Virus record (IMG/VR): IMGVR_UViG_3300049215_000070
Direction: 5' to 3' (one strand)
DNA from: a virus
Taxonomy: Duplodnaviria; Heunggongvirae; Uroviricota; Caudoviricetes
Length of the DNA stretch: 42,276 bases
The notes beneath the pieces were generated by a model. It saw nothing but the letters and a program-made list of their open reading frames with translations, ran no database searches and was not told where the DNA came from. This document shows, in pieces, positions 25,689-33,646 of this stretch (positions are counted from its first letter, which is position 1; every line of letters begins with the position of its first letter). The position numbers were made by a program, and so were the translations under genes.

Positions 25689-25912
25689 TTTGCCTCGAAT
25701 ATTTTGAGTTTGTTGAAAGCACGCCGGATCACGTACTGCCGCGCCACGCTAACCAGGGTGAATAATACCCCAATCTCGGCATTTTTTGTGAGCGACAGCG
25801 TGTTGAATCCGAACAGCGGGAGGATGCACAGGTTGGCAATGAAGTTCACCGTGTAGCCTATAGCCAGGTTGACTGCCACTTCAGTAACGCTGCCTCTTTT
25901 GGTCTGGCTCAT
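25685..25912 (-). CDS. Conserved two-TM phage protein
   Basis: MSQTK..S..E...N..IG...N...LP.FG.......IG..FT..S..R.Y..RR.FN pattern. Confidence 0.8.
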   Translation of the reverse strand: MSQTKRGSVTEVAVNLAIGYTVNFIANLCILPLFGFNTLSLTKNAEIGVLFTLVSVARQYVIRRAFNKLKIFEAK

Positions 25913-26247
25913 GCGGTTTCCCGTTTGCGGGTGCCGCGGCGCGTCTCGATCTTAGCGATGTTGGCGCGCATAATGTCCCCTAGTTCAATCTGGTACGTGC
26001 GAGCGATGCGGCACAGGTAGTGCAAAACGTCCCCAAGTTCCAGGGTCAGCGCGGCCCGATCAACCGGCCCGTCGCCGCGAATGTTTTTCTTGATATGCTC
26101 GCTCACTTCGCCAGCCTCACCCACAAGCCCCAGCGTCATGATTGCTAGCTCGCGCAGCGAATCTTCAGCGGTCGCGACCTTACGAGTCCATCCCGCTTCG
26201 ACCCAGTCGCAGAAGTTTTCAACAGTTATGTCCTGATAGGGTTGCAT
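25909..26247 (-). CDS. mazG: MazG-like NTP pyrophosphohydrolase
   Basis: LGLVGEAGEV.E.IKK...ELGDVL.Y....A......L......N..K. Confidence 0.88.
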   Translation of the reverse strand: MQPYQDITVENFCDWVEAGWTRKVATAEDSLRELAIMTLGLVGEAGEVSEHIKKNIRGDGPVDRAALTLELGDVLHYLCRIARTYQIELGDIMRANIAKIETRRGTRKRETA

Positions 26248-26667
26248 TCAAATCTCCGTATTGAGCAGCTCTCGGTCGAGATCCACGCCAGCGAACTGCG
26301 GCAACAACCGTGGAATTGCGGCAAGCGCCGCATTGTAGAATTCGTTGAATTCGTTCTGGTCCATCTTGGCCCAGCTTATTGACACCGGCTTGAAAGCTAC
26401 CTTGTCACCTTCAAGCTGTATGCTGTCGACGTACCCGGCCTGCACCATTACCGCAAACCTCAGCGCCTCTTGACTGAGATACTTGTCCTGGTTGGAAAAC
26501 ACCAACCGAAGGAGACCAAAAAACTTGCGATGATGGCCGGGGTTGCGATCCTTCTTGCACGTGGCACGAACCACCTCCCCGGTCCCCAGCGCCGCTATGT
26601 ACTCCTCGCCAACGCCGTCAATCGGCTTCAATGTGCCGCCGAGCGTTTTTGTCAGGTAGATGTCGAT
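26248..26667 (-). CDS. DUF1367-family protein, apparently with a non-canonical ATC start
   Basis: RNPGHHRKFF.LL, P.SIS.AKMDQ.EF...Y motifs; GAGGTG SD 5 nt before in-frame ATC at 26667. Confidence 0.75.
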   Translation of the reverse strand: MDIYLTKTLGGTLKPIDGVGEEYIAALGTGEVVRATCKKDRNPGHHRKFFGLLRLVFSNQDKYLSQEALRFAVMVQAGYVDSIQLEGDKVAFKPVSISWAKMDQNEFNEFYNAALAAIPRLLPQFAGVDLDRELLNTEI

Positions 26668-26870
26668 GGCGTCACCTCGTACGTGCCAATTTCAGTGACG
26701 CGCACCTCGCGATTTCGGTTGTCGATAAACGCGTCGCATTCTTGCGCGCCATCAAACTCATACGGTGGCTCGTGAAAATAAATCTGCAATACTCCTGGTT
26801 TCGCGGTATGCCGGTAGCAATCCAGCTTGCGCGGGCACATTCCACCAAAGCACATCGAGATGTCAGGCAT
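26652..26870 (-). CDS. Small Cys-motif phage protein
   Basis: DISMC....CP....CYR.TA...Q.YF...P motif. Confidence 0.7.
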   Translation of the reverse strand: MPDISMCFGGMCPRKLDCYRHTAKPGVLQIYFHEPPYEFDGAQECDAFIDNRNREVRVTEIGTYEVTPSTST

Positions 26871-27040
26871 TACAGCACCAAACCTGAGGCCACGCCTTCC
26901 GCTTCTAAGACGCGAAGGTCATTTGCGGCATCAGACACACCGTGCCAGTCGGCCACCTCGGTCTTGTGCTTAAGGTATTCGATCAAAGCGTCTCGGGCGG
27001 CAAAGTACTTGTCGACGTTGGTAAACACGTTAGATGCCAT
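26870..27040 (-). CDS. Small conserved phage protein (56 aa)
   Basis: GGAGG SD; DWHGVSDAANDLR motif; TAATG coupling. Confidence 0.7.
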   Translation of the reverse strand: MASNVFTNVDKYFAARDALIEYLKHKTEVADWHGVSDAANDLRVLEAEGVASGLVL

Positions 27041-27317
27041 CGGTGGCCTCCGTTTGCTTTTGGAGTGCGGCCCAGGCTGCTGCCTCTTTTCGCTGCTCTG
27101 CGCCACGTTGCTGTCGCTCGCGCAGTCGGATATACCAAAAAGCTCCCCAGGAGTTTCGACCTTTGGCGCGTGCCTTAGGGGTTGGTCGGCGATAGGTGTG
27201 CCCTTCGCGGTCGACCACGTAATCGAACTGGCCCTCGGCAGGAGTTGGTTTGCCGTCGGTCCCGAGAGCCATTCTTGGCACCACAACGAGTTCTTTGGAG
27301 ACATGCAGATAATTCAC
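27030..27317 (-). CDS. Hypothetical protein (95 aa, GTG start)
   Basis: GAGG SD; tightly packed. Confidence 0.55.
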   Translation of the reverse strand: MNYLHVSKELVVVPRMALGTDGKPTPAEGQFDYVVDREGHTYRRPTPKARAKGRNSWGAFWYIRLRERQQRGAEQRKEAAAWAALQKQTEATDGI

Positions 27318-27399
27318 AAACGCGCCTCGATAAATTTAGCAATTTGCGCAAAAGACAAGCCGCTGTCGTTTTTTATTGCCAGCGGTACAGGACGCTATA

Positions 27400-28101
27400 T
27401 CAAAACGGTATACTGGGATGACCAAACGCCGGGTCATCATCGCCAAAATCGTCATCGCTTCCCGGCTCCCGAGCGCCAGGCTTTTTCGCGTCGAGCGGCT
27501 TGCCGTTTTTCTTTGTCGTGATCCGGTTGTCGATCTTTTCGCGAAGAAACTTGGGCAGCTTCTGGTAGACGCTGTCGTCCGGCTCGTCCGCGTTGAACGT
27601 CAGCAACGGGTTGTGAGGCTCAGCGGATATCGTTCCCGCAACGATTCCATCCTGCTGAATCTTCAGGATCTTGCCAGCGCTGGAGATGTTGGCGTAGGTT
27701 TTGTCGCCCTTCGTCTTGTGGATCACGCCAAGGTTGCACACCTTGCCCAGCAGCGAGGTAACGTCAAACTCCTCGCCCTCTTCCTTGGTAAATTCCTTGC
27801 CGCGCCAATTCGATATAAACGGCCCCAGGTTCGACTTATCGCCAATGTTGAGCGTAAACTCGCGCCCAATAATGGCAGGTCCCTTGACCTTCTCGCCGTT
27901 CTTTTCGTACTCGATCTGAATGTCGGGTATCTCAAAGCGTAAGTAAACCTTTGGCTGCTCCTTGGTCTCGCCGTCGAATGTCACGGCCTGAATGCCGAGG
28001 TAGTAAACGCCCACGCAGATCGCGAAGTGCGTGCCAGCGGGGACCAGTTCGAAATCTTTCCCGCTGCTTTTTGAAGATGCTTTGATCGGTGCGTGTGCCA
28101 C
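27400..28101 (-). CDS. Putative ssDNA-binding / replication protein (NGO0469-like family)
   Basis: FELVPAG.H.A.C..V..LG.Q, FE......I..E.T..., LLGK.C...V......YAN, LP.F....I; acidic tail ending in IPF; GTG start with GAGGA SD. Confidence 0.75.
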   Translation of the reverse strand: MAHAPIKASSKSSGKDFELVPAGTHFAICVGVYYLGIQAVTFDGETKEQPKVYLRFEIPDIQIEYEKNGEKVKGPAIIGREFTLNIGDKSNLGPFISNWRGKEFTKEEGEEFDVTSLLGKVCNLGVIHKTKGDKTYANISSAGKILKIQQDGIVAGTISAEPHNPLLTFNADEPDDSVYQKLPKFLREKIDNRITTKKNGKPLDAKKPGAREPGSDDDFGDDDPAFGHPSIPF

Positions 28102-28223
28102 TATGGTTGTTCCTCGTATGTTCGTAGCCATGTAAAATATTCGGGATCATCTGCGAGCATGCGCTGCTCGTCTTTTTCTGCCTGATGCCAGGTCGCGTCG
28201 TTGTAATCATCCATCGGGTCCAT
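28101..28223 (-). CDS. 40-aa acidic mini-protein (MDPMDDYNDATWHQAEKDEQRMLADDPEYFTWLRTYEEQP), not in the ORF track
   Basis: GGAG upstream; its TAG overlaps the next GTG. Confidence 0.55.
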   Translation of the reverse strand: MDPMDDYNDATWHQAEKDEQRMLADDPEYFTWLRTYEEQP

Positions 28224-28473
28224 TGCCTTTCACTCCTGCCCATCGGCGTGTTACGCCATCGTACTTACTAGCAGTCTCAGATATAGGACCAAACTGCAAC
28301 TCCATTTCTGTGATGAGTTTCGCTTTTTTTGCTGACTCCTTTTCTTTGGAGTGAGATTTACGCTGGCTGGTTATGGTCGTCGGTATCAAGCTGGTGCCGT
28401 CCGGTACCCATAGTGACGCAAAATGGCCGCGGCACTGACTGACGGTTTTCTTGTGAAAGTCTGTGCGTGCCAT
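28207..28473 (-). CDS. Hypothetical basic protein
   Basis: ATG 28473 in TAATG overlap with the upstream stop. Confidence 0.55.
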   Translation of the reverse strand: MARTDFHKKTVSQCRGHFASLWVPDGTSLIPTTITSQRKSHSKEKESAKKAKLITEMELQFGPISETASKYDGVTRRWAGVKGNGPDG

Positions 28474-28961
28474 TAGATTTCCGTCATGTGCGCGTAAAGT
28501 TTGGCGGCGTGCTGCCGAGGGAATTTCTTGTTGCGGGCCGCAAATATTGTCACACCGGCCTCCTTGCACATGTTGACTTTCGCGAGCAGACTGAACTGAC
28601 CCCAAGAGTAATGGATTGACTTCCTGTCCACCTTGACCTCGTTTTCGGGGTCTAGGCTGCCTTTCGCCGCAATTCGCTTGGCAAACATGTCAGCCATTCG
28701 CAGCGACCTATCAGCTTCGCGATGAACCATTACGTAGTACCTAAATCCCATAACCTCATCGCTAAAAGTCGGCGTAATTACCACTTTTTCGTTAACGATA
28801 ACGCTGTCTAGCAGGTGCTCTCGGATGTACTCGTGATTTGATTTTTCGACAGGAGAGCACCTGAAAAATCTCCATGATGCGACGTAGTACTCAGAAAAAT
28901 CTTCCCCGGTGTAATTGATTTGCTCAATCCAGGGTTTGATGTGCGTTGGTGTGTATGCCAA
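28473..28961 (-). CDS. Hypothetical protein, first gene of the leftward operon
   Basis: TTG 28961 with GAGGT SD 7 nt upstream; natural globular composition. Confidence 0.65.
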   Translation of the reverse strand: MAYTPTHIKPWIEQINYTGEDFSEYYVASWRFFRCSPVEKSNHEYIREHLLDSVIVNEKVVITPTFSDEVMGFRYYVMVHREADRSLRMADMFAKRIAAKGSLDPENEVKVDRKSIHYSWGQFSLLAKVNMCKEAGVTIFAARNKKFPRQHAAKLYAHMTEI

Positions 28962-29181
28962 TTCGTTTACCTCATGTGGTCCATAATCAGCCTCGCACAG
29001 CAACGTGCAAAGTCAAGCCTCGCGCGCACGCGCGTAATACCAATATTTGATATAATTTTGTTATTCAGCTGATTGCAGGGTACGCTCACTTCGTTCGCTG
29101 CTTTAAGAGGAGATCAAGAATTTGACAAGAGTTCACAAGGCAGTAAGAGATTGAACCGGAATTCAGAATCGCTCCGCTAGG

Positions 29182-29245
29182 ATTATAACAATAAATCGAG
29201 TCAAAAAGTCAACACTTGCATTTATGAAAGTTTTGGTGTTAGCGT
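29182..29245. promoter_or_regulatory. Back-to-back divergent sigma70-like promoters
   Basis: Minus: TTGACT (29212-29207)-N19-TATAAT (29187-29182) with extended TG. Plus: TTGCAT (29216-29221)-N18-TAGCGT (29240-29245) with extended TG. Confidence 0.55.
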
Positions 29246-29260
29246 GATTGAGGAGGGCAA

Positions 29261-29551
29261 ATGACACGAAAACCGATTTTAACCGTTGAGGCAGCCAATG
29301 AAATGGCAAAGAACACGACCGGCCTCGATTTTGAGGCTTTTACCGACTGGGTTGATTACCGAAAGGCAACCGGAAAGCCAATCAAACCGGCAATGTACCC
29401 TTGGCTGATATCGCGCATGGTCAAGATGGGAAATCGTCAAAAAGAAGCAGTAGATCACAGTTCTGGCAACGGGTACCAGGGATTGTTTTTGCCATCTGGT
29501 CGAGCGCCTAAGCACTCTGGCCTCAAGGCAACACTGGAGGATTTCAAATGA
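29261..29551 (+). CDS. Replication-initiator C-terminal-like domain protein
   Basis: GAGGAGG SD; W..YR....KP....., S..NGYQGLF resembles lambdoid replisome-organiser C-termini; no N-terminal HTH. Confidence 0.6.
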   Translation: MTRKPILTVEAANEMAKNTTGLDFEAFTDWVDYRKATGKPIKPAMYPWLISRMVKMGNRQKEAVDHSSGNGYQGLFLPSGRAPKHSGLKATLEDFK

Positions 29552-29796
29552 GCAAACCAGAGCTGAAAGAAGCAGACAAGCAGGCGTTTATTGATGCGCT
29601 GAATGATTTTGGTGTAATTTTTGGCCGCGACATCACGCCCGAGCTGCTGAATGTTTACTGGCGACACCTGTCCAAGAAAATGGACCGCATGGGATTTGAT
29701 TTTGCGGTTGGCTGGATACACGACCACGAGAGGTATTTTCCTGCTCCGAGCGCCTTTATTCGTGGTGAGCGGGCGCGCTGGGGCGTTGCGGGTTGA
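29548..29796 (+). CDS. Putative helicase loader/inhibitor-like protein
   Basis: F...L......FG.......YW..L.......A........FPAP pattern; sits between initiator and helicase genes. Confidence 0.55.
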   Translation: MSKPELKEADKQAFIDALNDFGVIFGRDITPELLNVYWRHLSKKMDRMGFDFAVGWIHDHERYFPAPSAFIRGERARWGVAG

Positions 29797-30227
29797 GCGT
29801 CGAAAACCTACTCAACAACCTGCAGAAGGTCAAAAAGGTAGGCCCCGACAAGTGGATCGCGCGCTGCCCTGCGCACGACGACAAGAACCCCAGCCTGTCC
29901 ATCAAGGACAGCGGCGGCACGGTACTGCTCAAGTGCTGGTCCGCCGGGTGCGGCGCGATGGACATCGTAGGCGCGCTGGGGCTGGACCCGTCAGAGCTGT
30001 TCCCTCCCAATGACGGCAGCTGGCAGCCTGACGAGAAACGTCACGCCGGTTTTGCAAAGTTTACCGCTATGGACGGGCTGAGGTGCCTGTCCCACGAGGG
30101 CGGGTTGATTTCTATCATGGCCGCGGACATGGCCGAGGGCAAAGTATTGAGCATCAAAGAACGCGAGCGGCTAGAGGTGGCGTGCGGCAGAATCGCCGCC
30201 GCGCTGGAGTATCTCGATGGCAATTAA
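29793..30227 (+). CDS. Primase zinc-binding-domain protein (no TOPRIM domain)
   Basis: W.ARCPAHDDKNPSLSI...LKCWSAGC; TTG start. Confidence 0.8.
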   Translation: MSVENLLNNLQKVKKVGPDKWIARCPAHDDKNPSLSIKDSGGTVLLKCWSAGCGAMDIVGALGLDPSELFPPNDGSWQPDEKRHAGFAKFTAMDGLRCLSHEGGLISIMAADMAEGKVLSIKERERLEVACGRIAAALEYLDGN

Positions 30228-31296
30228 CCTGAAGCGCAACATCGAGGATATTGACGAGAGTCTGCGCCGCGCCGACGCGGTAAGCGCCGCCCGAAAGATC
30301 GGCAAGATGCTGGTCACCGAGGAATCCGAGGGCGCGGACGACCCTCCAGAAAAGATCCTGCTCGACGTGGCCTCCATGTCACCCCTTGAGATGCTGGCAA
30401 AGTACAAGGCGTACATGGCCGACTTTGACACGCTTCCCATAGACCCCGCCGGGGATCATGTCCGCATATTCCGGGGCGAATGGAGCATATGGTCCGGGTA
30501 CCCGGGCAACGGCAAGACCACGTTCTTGAGGCAGATGTGCCTGCATTTTCTTAAGTGCATGAAGAATGGCGAGTGCGTTTTTGTGGCGACCTTGGAACAA
30601 GACCCTACCTGGTACATCATCGAGATGGCCGGTACCGCGGCGGGCGTGGAGACGCCTACTGAGGAGCATGTGACCGCGTTCTTGGATACCTATGGCGACA
30701 AGCTCAAGGTTTGGGGTATGATCGGCGTCGCGGAGCATCGCAAGATATTCGCAACGGTACGAGAACTGGCTGAGAAACACGGTTGCAAGCATGCCATCAT
30801 TGATTCACTCATGGCCCTGGATATCGACAGCGGCGACTACGAAGCGCAGCGCAAGTTCGCTAACATGGTGTCTGCCACTGCGAGAGCAAAAGGCGTCCAC
30901 ATCCATCTTGTCGCGCATCCCCGGAAGCCGATTGCTGCGGATCAGGCTCCAAACACCTGGGACGTGGCGGGTTCCTCTGATCTTGGGCGTCTGGCTTTTA
31001 ACGTGTTTTTTGTTCGCCGTGGGCCTCAGGTCGCTGGCTTTGAGGATATCAGCGCTATGTTATTTTATACACTTAAGCAACGTACGCGCGGCACGGTTGG
31101 CGAGCAGACGGCTTACTTTTACCGGAAGCACCGGCAGTTCCACATCGATCAATTTGCGACGGAGCCGACGCATTACCTGCCGGATTCGTCGTACCCTCCG
31201 ACTGGTATGAGCGAAGAGATACCGGCGCACCTGATGAATCCTGGCGCGTTTAAAGTCGAGCCGCAGCCATACGGATCAAACCCCTGGGATGTCTAG
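30217..31296 (+). CDS. SF4 (DnaB/T7 gp4-like) replicative helicase
   Basis: Walker A GYPGNGKT, IIDSL, HLVAHPRK, GSS, K.R. Confidence 0.9.
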   Translation: MAINLKRNIEDIDESLRRADAVSAARKIGKMLVTEESEGADDPPEKILLDVASMSPLEMLAKYKAYMADFDTLPIDPAGDHVRIFRGEWSIWSGYPGNGKTTFLRQMCLHFLKCMKNGECVFVATLEQDPTWYIIEMAGTAAGVETPTEEHVTAFLDTYGDKLKVWGMIGVAEHRKIFATVRELAEKHGCKHAIIDSLMALDIDSGDYEAQRKFANMVSATARAKGVHIHLVAHPRKPIAADQAPNTWDVAGSSDLGRLAFNVFFVRRGPQVAGFEDISAMLFYTLKQRTRGTVGEQTAYFYRKHRQFHIDQFATEPTHYLPDSSYPPTGMSEEIPAHLMNPGAFKVEPQPYGSNPWDV

Positions 31297-31574
31297 TGAG
31301 ACGACGAACACGCACCGAGGGTATACGCAGGCGGCGAACTTTGGCGTATTACGAGCAAAACGGCAAGTGCTATTATTGCGGCTGCCAGATGACGCTTGAG
31401 AGTGTTACGCTCGATCACCGCTACCCGGTAGGAAACGTGCTTAGAACAGCCAACCCTGCTGACATGAAGAGAAACGTTGCCAGCTGCAGATTGTGCAACC
31501 AATGGCTCGGTGTTGCGTGGGCGAAAATCAAACAACTTTGGGGAAATGCTCGTGTCCAAGAAACCGCCAACTAA
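31296..31574 (+). CDS. HNH endonuclease
   Basis: CYYCG...TLDH..P...N...SC..CN. Confidence 0.8.
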   Translation: MRRRTRTEGIRRRRTLAYYEQNGKCYYCGCQMTLESVTLDHRYPVGNVLRTANPADMKRNVASCRLCNQWLGVAWAKIKQLWGNARVQETAN

Positions 31575-31926
31575 AGCTGAATCCGAGCGCATGGAGAAAT
31601 TGTCTCGCATGGGCTGCATCGTGACCCGCTTGTGCTTTGGTGCGTACAAGGACGCTGACGTGCATCACATCACCAGCGGCGGTCGACGCCTGGGGCATAT
31701 GAGCACGATCCCGCTCAGCCCCTGGTATCATAGGGCGGTTCCGGATAGCAACATGACGCCGCAGCTGATGCGCGAGTTTTATGGTCCGTCGCTGGCGGAA
31801 AGTAAGGCAGAGTTTGAGGCGCGGTTTGGCACCGAGGCGTACCTGCTAGAGCAAACCAACAAATGGCTGGGACAAGTTCCCGTCGAGAACACAAGCAAAC
31901 ATGGCGTGGATATCGAAACAACCTAG
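31546..31926 (+). CDS. Ref/DUF968-like HNH-fold nuclease
   Basis: GCIV...HH...G.R.GH..TIPL...H, GPSL....F..RFGTE..LL. Confidence 0.7.
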   Translation: MLVSKKPPTKAESERMEKLSRMGCIVTRLCFGAYKDADVHHITSGGRRLGHMSTIPLSPWYHRAVPDSNMTPQLMREFYGPSLAESKAEFEARFGTEAYLLEQTNKWLGQVPVENTSKHGVDIETT

Positions 31927-32137
31927 GTTGACGCAAACTTATTGCGTCGTCGTTGCGCAACTGAATGACATTGGGATACGCCCCGGCGGCGCGGAGATTA
32001 AACCTTGGATACGACAAGAGATAGCGGACCACGAGATAACGGCAGACCCACAGGAGATCGCGGTGATACTGAGCGGGCTCCTGTCGGAGAAAGCCATATC
32101 GCAGGCGGACATCGGGCGCCTGAAGAAAAATGCCTAA
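31901..32137 (+). CDS. Hypothetical protein (78 aa)
   Basis: Fills the gap between two nuclease genes with short overlaps. Confidence 0.5.
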   Translation: MAWISKQPRLTQTYCVVVAQLNDIGIRPGGAEIKPWIRQEIADHEITADPQEIAVILSGLLSEKAISQADIGRLKKNA

Positions 32138-32513
32138 GTACGCCGAGCACGACGAGCAAGTTGAATTTTTCCGACGCCTTGCGCGCTTTCCGTACCGTGA
32201 CGGAACGCTCACCGACTATTGTTTCGCCGTTCCTAACGGAGGCACAGCTGGAGGGCGCCGCGCAATGCTTGCTGGGGCACGCCGACAAGCAGAGGGTGTT
32301 AAAGCGGGAGTACCTGATGTCGAGTGCGTTCTACCGGCCAAGGGATTCACGGGACTGCATATCGAATTCAAGCGAGCTGATGGCGTGCCGAGTGACGTAT
32401 CAGCCAAGCAACGAGAATGGTTGGAGCGACTGCGAAAATGCGGACGCAAGGCCGAGGTCGCATTTGGCGCTGAGCAGGCGTGGCAGATAATCACCAGCTA
32501 TCTGGGGATATGA
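32130..32513 (+). CDS. VRR-NUC domain nuclease (putative Holliday-junction resolvase)
   Basis: EH.EQ, FAVPNGG, GV..GVPD, IEFKR, S..Q..W. Confidence 0.88.
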   Translation: MPKYAEHDEQVEFFRRLARFPYRDGTLTDYCFAVPNGGTAGGRRAMLAGARRQAEGVKAGVPDVECVLPAKGFTGLHIEFKRADGVPSDVSAKQREWLERLRKCGRKAEVAFGAEQAWQIITSYLGI

Positions 32514-32746
32514 TGCACTCACGGCACCCGGCGCTTGACTGCTACATTGAGGCGATGAGGGTGGTGAACGCGCTGAAGCAGTTTCGCAAGGAGCAGCGAA
32601 TACCGCGCAAGATTTGGGACCGAATATTTAGCCGCCAGGTGCAGCACTTGCTATTGGCGCATTTTTATACGAAGGTAGATGGAGATTACGTTTTTTTGAC
32701 ACATGAAGTTCTAGAGATTCTAGAATTAACACTTGCCGGAGGTTAA
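32510..32746 (+). CDS. Hypothetical protein
   Basis: ATGA overlap at 32510. Confidence 0.55.
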   Translation: MMHSRHPALDCYIEAMRVVNALKQFRKEQRIPRKIWDRIFSRQVQHLLLAHFYTKVDGDYVFLTHEVLEILELTLAGG

Positions 32747-32747
32747 T

Positions 32748-33005
32748 ATGGCAAAAGCAACAGTTATTGAGATTCCCTATGCGCCGGTAAAACCGATCAA
32801 ACAGGTTACGCTGATTCTAACCGATGCCGAGGCGCAGACGCTGGCCGACATTCTGGGAATGATCGGTGGTAATCCGGTAACGACGCGCCGCAAGCACGCC
32901 GACAGCATTGACAACGCACTAAGCAGTGTTGGCTTCGATAGTCAACCCCCGTCCGATGTGTGCGATGAGCTTCGCCGCATCTATTTCACCGAGGCGCAAG
33001 AATGA
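32748..33005 (+). CDS. Hypothetical protein
   Basis: GGAGG SD; ATG 32748. Confidence 0.65.
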   Translation: MAKATVIEIPYAPVKPIKQVTLILTDAEAQTLADILGMIGGNPVTTRRKHADSIDNALSSVGFDSQPPSDVCDELRRIYFTEAQE

Positions 33006-33646
33006 TCGAGTTCCGCGAGTGGCCGAAGATCCCCCGCTATCGTCGCGAGATCGCGGTGACCGAGAAGCTTGACGGCACCAACGCCGCCGTCGTGTGGGTG
33101 TCAGCTGAGAAGAACGAGGATGTTCCCGGCGTCGAGCCTGTGGTCATTGCGACGCGCAACCTGGTCGACCAGCACGGCAACGACAATGGGCCTCATGTGC
33201 TGTTGGCTCAGTCGCGTCAGAGATTCATCACGCCCGCCAGCATCAAACCGAAGAACGACAACTACGGTTTCGCGCAGTGGGTAAGCGATCACGCTGACGA
33301 GTTGACGAAGCTTGGGCCTGGGTACCATTACGGTGAGTGGTGGGGCTATGGCATTCAACGCGGCTACGGTGTGCCCGAGAAGCGCTTCAGTTTGTTCAAC
33401 GTAAAACGTTGGAGTGAAGGCAACCTTCCGCCAGGATGCTGCCGAGTTGTGCCGCTGCTAGGGTATTTCACCCCCGACAAGATAGAGGGTGTGGTCGAAA
33501 GCTTGAGAGCGAACGGCAGCGTCGCCGCGCCGGGGTATCAACGCCCCGAGGGTGTGGTGCTTTGGCACTCGCAGAGCAAGAGATACTACAAGATCCTGCT
33601 CGACGGGGACGACGTGCCGAAAGGCTTACAGAAGGGTGCGGCATGA
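33002..33646 (+). CDS. ATP-dependent RNA ligase family protein (adenylation domain only)
   Basis: Motif I TEKLDGTNA, YGEWWG, FSLFNV, PEGVV, terminal K. Confidence 0.85.
   Translation: MIEFREWPKIPRYRREIAVTEKLDGTNAAVVWVSAEKNEDVPGVEPVVIATRNLVDQHGNDNGPHVLLAQSRQRFITPASIKPKNDNYGFAQWVSDHADELTKLGPGYHYGEWWGYGIQRGYGVPEKRFSLFNVKRWSEGNLPPGCCRVVPLLGYFTPDKIEGVVESLRANGSVAAPGYQRPEGVVLWHSQSKRYYKILLDGDDVPKGLQKGAA

Noticed and set aside
25218-26247. Z-genome (2-aminoadenine) pathway
   Set aside because: No PurZ/adenylosuccinate synthetase homologue or phage DNA polymerase in the window; the hydrolases alone are insufficient evidence.
26631-27942. Plus-strand ORFs of 296 aa (26631-27521) and 188 aa (27376-27942)
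   Set aside because: They lie opposite a tightly coupled chain of minus-strand genes with recognisable motifs; composition is R/S/A-rich and unnatural.
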